NCBI RefSeq assembly: GCF_009914755.1
Contig: NC_060943.1
Direction: 5' to 3' (one strand)
Origin: the human T2T-CHM13v2.0 reference genome, Homo sapiens
DNA length: 64,000 nt
A program made the position numbers and the translations under genes. The notes under the pieces are model-generated. The model was not told the DNA's origin, made no database searches, and saw nothing but the letters and a program-made list of their open reading frames with translations. Shown piece after piece: positions 37,845 through 57,868 of the stretch (position 1 is the first letter of the stretch; every line of letters starts with the position of its first letter).

Positions 37845-38845
37845 TTGTAACTCCCAGGACCTGCGAATGTGACCTTATTTGAAAATAGCATTGTCTGATC
37901 TTTGCAGATGTAATTAATTAAACTAAGATGAGGTCATACTAGAGTAGGCTGGGTATCTAATCCAATATAACTTACAAGAAGAGAAAAAGAGAGACAGAGA
38001 CACACAGAAGGAAGACGGCCATGCGAAGACAGAGGCAGAGAGGCCAGGCTGCAATCATAGTGCTTTGGGATGCCAAGATAGGAGAATTGCTTGAGCCCAG
38101 GAGTTGGAGACTAGCCTGGGCAATATAGCAAGATCCCATCTCTAAAACAGAAATTATTTTAATTAGTCCAACATGGTGGTGTGCACCTGTAGTCCTAGCT
38201 GCTCAGAAGGCTGCGGGGAGGACTGCTTGAGCTCAGGAGGTTGAGGCTGCAGTGAGCTATGGTGGTACCACTGCACTCCGGCCTGGGCAACTGAGTGAGA
38301 CCCTGTCTAAAGAAAAGAAAAAAAAAAACAGAGCCAACGATTGGAGTGATGCAGCTACAAGTTAAAGAATGCCGGGAGCGCTGGCTCACGCCTGTAATCT
38401 CAACAGTTTGGGAGGCTGAGGCGGGCAGATCACCTGAGGTCAGGAGTTCGAGGCCAGCCTGGCCAACGTGGTGAAACCCTGTCTCTACTAAAAATACAAA
38501 AATTAGCCAGGCATGGTGGTCCATGCTTGTAATCCCAGCTACTTGGGAGGCTAAGGCAGGAGAATTGATTGAACCCAGGAGGTGGAGGTTGCAGTGAGAA
38601 AGATCATGCCACTGCACTCTAGCCTGGGTGACAGAGCAAGACTCCGCCTCAAGAAAAAAAAAAATGCCAAGAATTGTCAGCCATCACTAGAAGAGGGGCA
38701 TAAAACAGACGCTCCTTCATAGTTCTCAGAAGGAATCAACATTGCAAACACCTTGGTTTCAGACTTCTCATCTCCCCAACTTAAAGCAATTCTAATTCCT
38801 TTAAGCCACCAGGCTTGTAGTACTTTGGTATGGCAGCCATTGGGG
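37845..38845 (+). mobile_element. MLT1C-like LTR fragmented by Alus
   Basis: gaatgtgaccttatttgaaaatag...aagatgaggtcatac...ttaagccacc...tactttggtatggcagcc. Confidence 0.65.
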
Positions 38846-38998
38846 GATGAGGTCAGTCTCCTGGTTGCCCAGCTTACTGTGCTCAGCAGCTGGAGGCTTG
38901 GGTATGAACCCGATAGTCATCTCTAAGGCACAAATAGCCGGGTGCAGTGGCTCACACCTGTAATCCCAGCACTTTAGGAGGTTGAAGTGGGTAGATCA

Positions 38999-39269
<271 letters not shown>

Positions 39270-39613
39270 TTACCCCACAAGGAAGGGCTGCACCCAGAAA
39301 AGGAGGAAGGAACTGAAGCAGACGAAGCACGTCGATGTCCACCGCACCCCCCGTGCACCAGGGAGGAACTGGGGCCTTAGGGAGGTGGAGCTCTGCTGGG
39401 TCAAGCCTAGAGTTTCTATGTAGTGAAGCCGAGATTATAACCCAGGTCATCCGTTTCACAGTGTGAGCTCTGTCTGAATACATCAGGTTCAATTGGAGGA
39501 TGGTTAAAATCAGCCTAAGAATCGAGCTGGTCAGAAAATTGTCTTCTTGGGGCCAGGTGTGGTGGCTCACGCCTGTAATCCCAGCACTTTGGGAGGCTGA
39601 GGCGGGCGGATCA

Positions 39614-39940
<327 letters not shown>

Positions 39941-40238
39941 CTATTCCGACGGAGGATGATGGCAGTACTGCGGTATTTAGCGGCTGCAGACTCGGAGACC
40001 CCACAGCAGCTCTGCCTTTCCCAGCGGAGTCTGTCCCCGTGTCTCTGCAGCGCGGCCTCCTCCTCGCTTGCATGTGGGCGGCAGAACTCACAGAACCCAC
40101 AGCCCAGACCCACCCACCGCAGGTGTGCAACACCTGGAAGTCATTACTTCCACACACCGCATTTCCACCTGGACTGCCACTCCCACATGAGTTTTTCTCA
40201 CCAGCCCAAGCCCATTCGTCCCAGTCCTGGAGACTCAC

Positions 40239-40272
40239 CGAGGCAAAGCAGGGAGAGGAATTCTGCGGTCAT
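40239..40272 (-). CDS. VSTM1: VSTM1 exon 1 CDS (signal peptide part 1, MTAEFLSLLCL-G)
   Basis: ATG at 40272-40270; 34-nt LRC-type leader exon; donor G|gtgag. Confidence 0.96.
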
Positions 40273-40520
40273 AGCGTCCCTTCTGCCAGAACCAAGGCCC
40301 CGCCTTGGGTTTTACCCTTCAAAGGCGGAGCGGGACTGGGCCGGCCGCAGCTCTCCGGCTGCCCGGTTCGTCCCCAGGATGTGCAGATAGAGGAGGTTTT
40401 GCTCTGACACTCTGGTTCTCTGCCCCACTCTTGCAGTTTCCTTCTCACAACCGACTCAGGAAACAAGAAGCCGTCGATGATAACTTCTTCCCCATGAATC
40501 CGGTGTGTGTGGCCCCACCC
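40273..40520 (-). promoter_or_regulatory. VSTM1: VSTM1 5'UTR/proximal promoter
   Basis: Unique CpG-containing sequence upstream of the ATG, with GC boxes (CCCCGCC, GGCGGAG) and Ets GGAA cores at 40437-40465. Confidence 0.65.
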
Positions 40521-40683
40521 GCCCGAGCTCTGTCCTACCTTATCTGAAGTTCTGCCAAGAGTTTTCTGTAAATGTAATTTTTTATTTTAAAACACTAATA
40601 CCGGCCGGACGCGGTGGCTCACGCCTGTAATCCCAGCACCTTGAGAGGCTGAGGCGGGCGGATCACCTGAGGTCGGGAGTTCA

Positions 40684-40881
<198 letters not shown>

Positions 40882-41131
40882 TCAAACAAGCAAACAAACA
40901 AACATTAATACCTATAGCTTTATAGCTTCCGTGTACCCACTAGCCAGCTCCCCACAATGTTAACCTTTTTTTGGGGGGCGGGGGGGACAGAGTCTTGCTC
41001 TGTCACCCAGGCTGGAGTGCAGTGGCGCGATCTCGGCTCACTGCAACCTCTGCCTCATGGGTTTAAGGATTCTCCTGCCTCAGACTCCCAAGTAGCTGGG
41101 ATTACAAGCATGCACCACCACACCCAGCTAA

Positions 41132-41814
<683 letters not shown>

Positions 41815-42039
41815 TAACATTTTATTGCCTGTATGTATGGCTTTATAGAACCACCGCCACAATCAAGACACAGAACTGTCCCACCACCACGTAGGAACTC
41901 CCTCATGCTGCCCCTTTATAATCGCTCTCCCACCCTAGCACCTGCTAATCTGTTCTACGTCTCTATCACTTTGTCACTTTGAGACTCTTGTATAAATGGA
42001 ATCGTCCATCGCCTCACCTTCTGAGGGTGACCTTTTTCA

Positions 42040-42279
<240 letters not shown>

Positions 42280-42869
42280 TCACTGGGTTAGTGGATACCT
42301 GAAAGCCCTAACTTCATCATTTTGGAATCTATCCATGCAATAAAGTTACACTTGTACCCCATAAACGTATACAAATAAAAAATAATCGTCTGGGCATGAT
42401 GACTTACCGCTGTAATCCCAGCACTTTGGGAGGCTGAGGCGGGATTACAGGTGTGAGCCACCATGCCCGGCCTATACTTTCTATCTTAATAACTACAAAA
42501 ATAATAACTTGCTGGATGGGTCCCTGTGCCCACCCCGTCCTGTCCTAAGTGAGGAGGATGGGAAGAAAGCCATCGTCCTGTCCTGGTGCGGCTCTCAAAC
42601 AGCTGGAAATGCTGGCTGCACAGGAAACTCTAAGGATCGGCAGCTCTAGCGCATGCTACCCTTGGCAGCTGTGTGGTCTGTGGATAGAGAAGGACCAACC
42701 TGTGGTTAGTGGAGGAAGAGGAGGAATATTGCTTTGATAAGCACATCCTCAGAGTTATAACAGAGGAGACAATAGTTATAAAATAAGAATGATATTTACG
42801 AAAAATAATAAGACTATTAACAAGAAACAGCAACAAATCTTGAAAACAAAATGTAACAACAAAACATAA

Positions 42870-43004
<135 letters not shown>

Positions 43005-43153
43005 TGAGTAGCTGGGATTACAGGCATGCACCACCACGCCCAGCTAATTTTTGTATTTTTAGTAGAGATGGGGTTTCACCATATTGGCCAGGATGGTCTC
43101 GATCTCTTGACCTTGTGATCCGCCCACCTCGGCCTCCCAGAGTGCTGGGATTA

Positions 43154-43519
<366 letters not shown>

Positions 43520-44231
43520 TCACTTGAACCTGAGAGGGAGGTTGCAGTGAGCTGAAATTACGCCACTGCACTCCAGCCTGGGTGACAGAGTGAGACTCCC
43601 TCTCCAAAAAAAAAGAAAGAAAGAATGTATTATAAATACATATGACCAAGCACAGTGGCTAACGCCTGTAGTCCTGGCACTTTGGGAGGCCAAGATGAGA
43701 GGATCACTTGAGTCCAAGAGTTCGAGACCAAGTTGGGCCATATGGTGGAACCCGGCTTCTACAAAAAATACAAAATTTAGTCCGGCATGATGGCACACAC
43801 CTGTGGTCCCAGCTACTCAGAAGGCTGAGATGGGAGGATTACTTTAGCCTGGGAGGTCGAGGCTGCAGTGAGCCGTGATCTAGCCACTACACTCCAGCCT
43901 GGGCGACAGAGTGAGACCCTGTCTCAAAATAAATAAATATAATAAATAAATAAATATGTATATCCCAATATTGGACTAAATGCTGGTCCAGAAGCACAAA
44001 ATAGAAAGAACGGAGAGGAAGTATTAATAAATATTACACAGGAAGCAATGTTTTTCCCTTCGTGTGGAGGAAGAGTTCCCCGCAGGTGAGAGTCACCTAC
44101 TACTCAATCTGACTCTGAAGTTTTAAGTATTGATTCAAGTTATCAAAAATGTATTAAGGGCTGGGCACGGTGACTCAAGCCTGCAATCCCAGCACTTTGG
44201 GAGGCCGAGGTGGGCTGATCACTTGAGCTCA

Positions 44232-44593
<362 letters not shown>

Positions 44594-44919
44594 TCAGCTG
44601 GTCCAACCCATCATTCCCTGGGCAGCTGTGGGATCTATGGCTAGAGAAGAACAGAGCTGAGCTTAGAGGGGAAGGAAGAGGAGGAAGATTGTTTTCTCCC
44701 GGCATCCAAACACAGCTTTTCAACCAGGGGGAGCACCACCCTCACTTCCCATCGCCCCATCCAGGGATATTTGAAAGGTATGAGAGTAGTGGCTTTTTTG
44801 TTGTTGTTGTTTCACAATAATTAGGTCTCCAACAGGTGTTCAATGGGAAAGGAAGTATTAGCAATGTCGAGTTACGTGTTCCTATAATGGACAAGACAGT
44901 CTCACATGGTGAAGGACTA

Positions 44920-45387
<468 letters not shown>

Positions 45388-45390
45388 CTA

Positions 45391-45728
45391 AGAAGGTGGA
45401 TCTTAAACAGAAAGGTCCATAAGCTAGATTGAGATAACCATTGTCACAATGAGTGAAATTTCTTCCTCGGCACACAATTAATTACTTAGTTAGTAGGAAA
45501 GTTCCCAGAAGGTGGATCTTAAACAGAAAAGTCCATTAGCTACATTGTGATAATCATGTCACAATTAGTGAAATTTCTTCTTTGGTACACAATTAATTAT
45601 TTAGTAGGGAGGTTCCCAGAAGGTGGATCTTAAACAGAAAGGTTCGTTAGCTACATTGTGATACTCATGTCACAATCAGTGAAATTTCTTCCTTGGTACA
45701 CAATAAATTACTTAGTAGGAGGGTTCCC
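45391..45728. repeat. Tandem repeat, 3 copies of ~111-116 bp, embedded in an old L1M 3' fragment
   Basis: Units start AGAAGGTGGATCTTAAACAGAAA at 45391, 45507 and 45618 and each ends GTTCCC. Confidence 0.9.
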
Positions 45729-45915
45729 CACCCGTAGGCTTATGGGGGTATAATTGATAAATCAAAATGGAATATATCAAAACATCACGTTGTACACAAA
45801 TATAACTCCATTTTTATTTGTCGATTAGATCTCAATAAATCTGGAGCAGAAGAGAATTCCATATCTCTACAGCAGCCCATGAAAGAGAGAGGGGATCCGT
45901 GTTTTAACTTGGATC

Positions 45916-46522
45916 TGTTACTGGAAAGGGGTCCCAGTCCAGACCCCAAGAGAGGGTTCTCGGATCTCACACAAGTAAGAACTCAGGGTGAGTACACAGA
46001 GTAAAGTGAAGGCAAGTTTATTAAGAAAGTCAAGGAATATGGCTGCTCCATAGGCAGAGCAGTCCAGAGGGCTGTCAGTCGGCTATTTTTGTGGTTATTT
46101 CTTGATCGTATGCTAAACAAGGGGTGGACTGTTCATGAGTTTTCCAGGAAAGGGGAGGGGATTTCCCTGGAACTGAGAGTCCCTCCCTCGTTTAGCTTCT
46201 GGAAGTTGCCATGGCATCTGTAAGCTGTCTTGGTGGCGGTGGGAGTGTCTTTTAGCATGCAAATGCATTATAATTAGCAAATAATGTGCAGTGAGGACGA
46301 CCAGAAGTCACTTTTGTTGCCATCTTGGATTTGGCAGGTTTTGGCTGGCTTCTTTGTTGCATCTTTGTGTCTTTGGGTCTTTGTGACCTGTATGTTGTGA
46401 CCTGTCTCATCCTGTGACTTAGAAAGCCTCAACCCCCTGGGAATGCAGTCCAGCAGGTTGCAGCCTCAGTTTACCCAGCCCCGGTTCAAGATGGAGTCAC
46501 TCTGGTTTGAAGGCCTCTGATT
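45916..46522 (-). mobile_element. MER41 (MER41B-like) ERV1 solo LTR overlapping the TARM1 C-terminus and 3'UTR
   Basis: Minus strand begins TCAGAGGCCTTCAAACCAGAGTGACTCCATCTTGAACCGGGGCTGGGTAAA and ends GGACCCCTTTCCAGTAACA, matching recalled MER41 termini; retains the GAS-bearing segment. Confidence 0.85.
46017..46022 (-). terminator. TARM1: LTR-derived AATAAA, candidate TARM1 polyA signal
   Basis: tttatt on + strand within the MER41 LTR, ~475 nt after the TARM1 stop. Confidence 0.55.
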
Positions 46523-46654
46523 CACCTGGAGACACATTCCGGCTGTACCAGGCCTCCACCAGGAAAGCTCCCATGATAACCACAATTACGGCAGCCAGAC
46601 CCAGTCGTACGAAGTTACCCAGGGAGTAGTTGCTCGATGTGGTACCTGGGGGAA
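46497..46654 (-). CDS. TARM1: TARM1 exon 5 CDS: stalk, TM with Arg (GNFVRLGLAAVIVVIMGAFLVEAW), short tail, TGA
   Basis: ctttcag|TTCCCCCA; ORF 46497..46679; N-x-x-R-L-G motif typical of FcRgamma-associating LRC receptors. Confidence 0.96.
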
Positions 46655-46776
46655 CTGAAAGAGAGAAGGGGCTCAGCACTGACCCTCAGAGGGTATCCCT
46701 CCTTCTCAAATGGCCCCACCAAATCTGACTATCATCACCCACTTAATGTTTTCGGTTTTTTGGTTTTTTTTTTTGA

Positions 46777-46932
<156 letters not shown>

Positions 46933-47125
46933 TAGTAGAGACGGGGTTTCGCCATGTTGGCCAGGCTGGTCTTGAACTCCCGACCTCAGGTGACCCGCCC
47001 ACCTCAGCCTCCCAAAGTGCTGGGATTACAGGTGTGAGCCACCGCGCCCGGCCACCCACTTAATGTTTTCTAGCCAGTAGTCCACTGTACTTTAAAGTTT
47101 TAATTGAACTTTTTTTTTTTCTTGA

Positions 47126-47406
<281 letters not shown>

Positions 47407-47437
47407 TAATTGAGCTCTTTAAAGTTTTAATCCCTGA

Positions 47438-47803
<366 letters not shown>

Positions 47804-48344
47804 TGATATTCACTCCACCTTAGCTCTCTTCCTTCGTTTATTTGCTCTTTATCCCATTTCCACCTTCCCACATTGCCTTTTCTCCTCCCGCATCCTTATG
47901 TTAAGGAATAGTCTTGGGGCAGCACATGAGACGGAAGGAGCTCTACAGAGCCCCGAATTCCGTGGCTGGATCAGCATCCTCGCAGCCCACACTGCTGTGC
48001 AGCAGTGCACCTGAGAAAGTTTGAGTTGAGGCCGGGCACAGTAGCTCACGCCTGTAATCCCAGCACTGTGGGAGGCTAAGGTAGGAGGATTGCTTGAGGC
48101 CAGGAGTTTGAGAGCAGCCTGGGCAACATGGCGAAACCCCATGTCTACTAAAAATACAAAAAAATTAGCCGGGTGTGGTGGCGGGTGCCTGTAATCCCAG
48201 CTACTCAGGAGGCTGAGGCAGGAGAATTACTTGACCTGGGCCTGGGGTTGGGGGGTGGAGGCTGCAGTGAGCTCAGATTGTGCCACTACACTCCAGCTTG
48301 GGCGACAGAGTGAGACTCCATCTCAAAGAAAACAAACAAACAAA

Positions 48345-48825
<481 letters not shown>

Positions 48826-49365
48826 GTTACAACAGATGAAAAATAATTTACAGAGCTGAGGAAGCAGAGTGCTAGCACCCAGTAAGGCAGGAAACAAGAT
48901 ACTTTCAGAAGAATTCTAGCAGTCAATAAAAGACATGGGTAGACTTCGCATCCACGGCATAGAAGCAGGAGGCTGTGCAAACACCATGTTCTGAGGATGA
49001 GATAATTTTTTTTTTTAATTTGAAACTGGGTCTCACTATGTTGCCCAGGCTGGTCTCAAACTCCTGGGCTCAAGCAATTCTCCAGCCTCAGCCTCCCAAA
49101 GTGCTGGGATTACAGGCCTGAGCCACCGCACATGACTGAGAAAGAATTATTGAGAGTGAAATCACTAACACCAAGAAAAACCAAAACACGCCATGCACAG
49201 TGGTTCACACCTGCAATCCCAGCCCTTTGGGAGGCCGAGGTGAGTGGATCACCTGAGGCCAGGGGTTCAAGACCAGCCTGGTCAACATGGTCAGAACCCC
49301 ATCTCTACTAAAAATACAAAAATTAGCCAGGCGTGGTGGTGGGCACATGTAATCCCAGCTACTCA

Positions 49366-49730
<365 letters not shown>

Positions 49731-49757
49731 TCATCGCTACTAAAAATAGAAAAATTA

Positions 49758-50364
<607 letters not shown>

Positions 50365-50412
50365 TGATTAAAAACAACACACACAGTTCCTCAAAACCAT
50401 ACACGCCCTTAC

Positions 50413-50709
50413 CTGTCACCAATATCTCAAGCTGATCACTGGGTTCTGAGGCCCAGAAGGGAGACTTTGTCTGGTAGTACATGCAGCTGTAGTTCCCAGC
50501 ATCGCCGGCTGTCACGTCCACCAGAGAGAAGTCTATCTCCTTCCCCGCTGGACTCTGCAGCTGGATGGGTGATGGCGTCCCTGCCTTCAGTAGAGCGAAC
50601 ATGATAGGCACAAACAATTGGTCTCGCTTCTGGCACTGCAGAGTCACCCTTCCACCTGCGGTCACTGTACCCCTTTGGTAGGTTCGGAGGAAAGGTTTAG
50701 ATAAATGTC
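50413..50709 (-). CDS. TARM1: TARM1 exon 4, Ig domain D2
   Basis: cttacag|GACATTTA; ACAG|gtaag; 297 nt; overlaps ORF 50342..50665. Confidence 0.96.
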
Positions 50710-51316
50710 CTGTAAGAGAAGTCAGGTTCTGAGGTCCTGGGGAGAAGTCTGGAATCCCCCACTCACCCCTGTTCTCCTGGCCGGAGGCTCTCGTGGAGTG
50801 TGGGAAATGAGAGATTCCTGATCTCTTCTACCTTCCTCCACTTCCTACTCCGACCCCAGGACAGAGATTCTCCCTCCTACAAGACCTGTGTAAGGCCTGG
50901 CATGGTGGCTCACACCTGTAATCCCAGCACTTTGGGAGGCCAAGGCGGGTGGATCACCTGAGGTCAGGAGTTCGAGACCAGCCTGCCCAACATGGCGAAA
51001 CCCTGTCTCTACTAAAAATACAAAAATTAGCCGGGCATGGTGGCAGGCACCTGTAATCCCAGCTGCTCAGGAGGCTGGAGCAGGAGAATCACTTGAGCCC
51101 AGGAGGCGGAAGTTGCAGTGAGCCGAGATGGCACCACTGCACTCTGGCCTGGGCGACAAAGTATAAAACCAACATATGCAATTTCGTTCCTGTCTCTCTC
51201 CCTCTCCCATCACCCCCAACTACTCTGAAGGTGGGACCCCTTTTCTCCCTCTGTTCCTCCACTTCCTCCCTCATCCCCTGTCCCCCGTATGTCATTGGCA
51301 GGCACCCTGTCTGTAC

Positions 51317-52374
<1,058 letters not shown>

Positions 52375-52378
52375 TCAC

Positions 52379-52414
52379 CATCTCCCCTTGTGTCTCCTTG
52401 GCCCACGCACAGTC
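52379..52414 (-). CDS. TARM1: TARM1 exon 2 (RLCVGQGDTRGD)
   Basis: tcttgcag|GACTG...GATG|gtgag; 36 nt. Confidence 0.94.
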
Positions 52415-52929
52415 CTGCAAGACAATCCTCCGTGAGCCAGAAGCCCCTACCTGGAGCCACGTCACCCCCTGCCCTGACCCCTGGAGATCGTCCCAGAGTC
52501 TCCTGCTGAGAACAGACCCTTAGAGGTCATACGCTCAGGAGTTCTCATTCTCCCCACACTGGACTGTGGCTTCTGCTCGACTTCCAGCTCCTCCATCCTT
52601 TCCCAGAGATTCTCCTTGACCATCCTGTGTGGCTGTCACCTCCCCCTGCTCCAGGCCTTTCCCACAAATCCTTCCATTCTCATCTTCTGTTTGAAAACAG
52701 CACTCATTCTTACCATTTCTTTCTTTCTTTCTTTTTCTTTCCTTTCTTTCTTTCTTTTTTCTTTCTTTCATTCATTCTTTCTTTCATTCATTCCAGAGAC
52801 AGAGTCTCGCTCTTTCTTTCTTTTTCTTTCTTTCTTTCTTTCATTCATTCTTTCTTTCTTTCATTCATTCTTTCTTTCTTTCATTCATTCCAGAGACAGA
52901 GTTGCGCTCTGTCGCCCAGGCTGGAGTAG

Positions 52930-53361
<432 letters not shown>

Positions 53362-53782
53362 TAGTCTTTCCCAGAGACAGAGTCTCCCTATGTTGCCCAG
53401 GCTCATGATCTCTTTTAATCCCTTCATGACTCCAAACAGGACAAAATTTATTGTTTGGTGTCCTGTAACAAGCCTCAAAACATCCAAATGGTCATTCCAG
53501 AAAGGGGAAAGCATACGTTCCTCCCTGTTTCACACATGGCTGCATTTGCTCTTCCTCCTTTTTAATTTTTTTTGATAGAGACAGGGCTGGGCTGGTTAAG
53601 AACTCTTGACCATGCCGGGCGCGGTGGCTCCCGCCTGTAATCCCAGCACTTTGGGAGGCCGAGGCAGGTGGATCACGAGGTCAGGAGTTGAAGACCAGCC
53701 TGGCCAACATGGTGAAACCCCGTCTATACTAAAAATACAAAAATTAGCCAGGTGTGGTGATGGGCGCCTGTGATCCCAGCTA

Positions 53783-53932
<150 letters not shown>

Positions 53933-54274
53933 TCAAGCCTGTTTATGAACATTATCATAATAATGAGATTGATCTAACTCAAAGAAAGTTAGTTAGGCCT
54001 GTGTCTCTGAGAGATTTCCTCTTTTTCCCCTGTGTGAACAGTTTTAGGTCTCAGCAGGAAAAAGGAGAAGTTACCAGGCGTTTGTGCTACTATTACATCC
54101 ATGAGCCAATCCATAAACTGACACTTCAAGTTTTGCAAAAGGAAATTGTGAACACCCAAAATGTTCAAACAACGTAAGTGTCCATCCATGGAAGAATGGA
54201 TAAACACAGTGTGCTCTATATATTCAATGGGATTTTTCTTCTTTTTCTTCGTTTTTTTTTTTTTTTTTTTTTGA

Positions 54275-55194
<920 letters not shown>

Positions 55195-55547
55195 TAGAGA
55201 CAGGGTTTCACCATGTTGCCCAGGCTAGTCTCGAACTCCTGGGCTCAAGCGATCTGCCTGCCTCAGACTCTCAAAGTGCTGGGATTACAGGTGTGAGACA
55301 CTGTGCTCGGCCTACAGTGGGATTTTAGCCATAAAAAGGAAAGGAAATCTGACATATCCTACAATATAGATGTAGCTCGAGGATATTATGCTGAGTAAAC
55401 TAAGTCAGGCAAAAAAGAACAAGTGTTATGATTCCACTCATACATCCTAGAATAAGCAAATTCATAGAGATAAAAATTAGAATGGGCTGGACACGGTGGC
55501 TCACGCCTGTAATCCCAGCACTTTGGGAGGCCGAGACAGGCAGATCA

Positions 55548-55850
<303 letters not shown>

Positions 55851-56366
55851 TTAGAGGGTGTAGCGTTCATATTGGGAATTGTGATTGTTAATTTGATTTA
55901 TCAGCTAGACCAGGCCACAGGATGCTGGGATATCTGGTTAAACATTATTTCTGGGCGTGTCTGTGAGGGTGTTTTTAGAAAGATCAGCATTTGAATCTAA
56001 TGCTGAGTCGGGCAGGTTGGCCTTCCTAATGGAGGTGGGTATTCTGCTGAGGGCCAGGATGGGAGAAAAAGGTGGCAGAGCCACCACAGTGCCTCACGCC
56101 TGTAATCCCAGCACTTTGGGAGGCCAAGGCAGAAGGGCTGCTTGAGGCCAGGAGTTTGAGACCAGCCTGAGTAACATAGTGAGATCCCGTCTCTACAAAA
56201 AATTTAAAAATTACACGGGGCACTGTGGCTCACGCCTGTAATCCCAGCACTTTGGGAGGCTGAGGCTGAGGCGGGCAGATCACCTGAGGTGATCACCTGA
56301 GGGAGCTCAAGACCAGCCTGGCCAACATGATGAAACCCCGTCTCTACTAAAAAGTACAAAAAATCA

Positions 56367-56738
<372 letters not shown>

Positions 56739-56793
56739 TCACGCCTGTAATCCCAGCACTTTGGGAGGCCGAGGCGGGCAGATCAAGAAGTCA

Positions 56794-57156
<363 letters not shown>

Positions 57157-57834
57157 TCAATTTACTTTATAGTTATCTATTTGACACTAAATTTTTATTT
57201 ATGGTATTAAGGTTTCTGGGCCAGGCACAGTGGCTCACATCTGTAATCCCAGCACTTTGAGAGACTGAGGTGGGCAGATCACCTGAGGTCGGGAGTTCGA
57301 GACCAGCCTGGCCAACATGGTGAAACACTGTCTCTACTAAAAATACAAAAATTAACCAGGCATGGTGGCGCACCCCTGTAATCCAGTTACTCAGGAGGCT
57401 GAAGCAGGAGAATCGCTTGAACCCGGGAGGCAGAGGTTGTGGTGAGCCGAGATCATGCCATTGCACTACAGCCTGGGCAACAAGAGCAAAACTCTGTCTC
57501 AAAAAAATAAAATAAAATAAAATAAAATAAGGTTTCTATTCTGAATACTTTTACTTACACACAAAAAGTCAGAGTTGATCCTGAGAAAAGGGGTAAGCCA
57601 ATGAAGCCAGGTGGTGGAGGCATTCAGCAAAACTCACGAAGTTGAAACTACAGGAGTTGAAGTTTGCAGAGCACTCGTTTCCAGGGAATGTCTGCACTGC
57701 ACTCAGCAGGACGTCTCACTCCTCCCGTGTGCTCAGTAAGCCAAAGTTGATGTTATTATTTCCATCCCCAGCCCAACTATCCCACCAGTTCCATGATTTT
57801 CTGCAGTCCCAGTGGATAGCCCTGTGAGACTTAC

Positions 57835-57868
57835 TGAAACAGAGGAGGGAAAGCAGCTTAGGGATCAT
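57835..57868 (-). CDS. TARM1: TARM1 exon 1 CDS (MIPKLLSLLCF-R)
   Basis: ATG at 57868-57866; 34 nt; donor TCA|gtaag. Confidence 0.95.

Noticed and set aside
39956-40390. 144-aa ORF antisense to VSTM1 exon 1
   Set aside because: No recognisable domain; expected by chance in GC-rich promoter/intron DNA.
45391-45728. CRISPR-like repeat-spacer array
   Set aside because: Whole units are homologous with no unique spacers, and the context is eukaryotic; it is an ordinary tandem triplication.
47943-48010. Possible alternative terminal exon of TARM1 (aactttctcag|GTGCAC..., 22 codons to TAG) giving a soluble form
   Set aside because: Only an acceptor-like site with a short pyrimidine tract abutting an Alu; no homology or polyA support.
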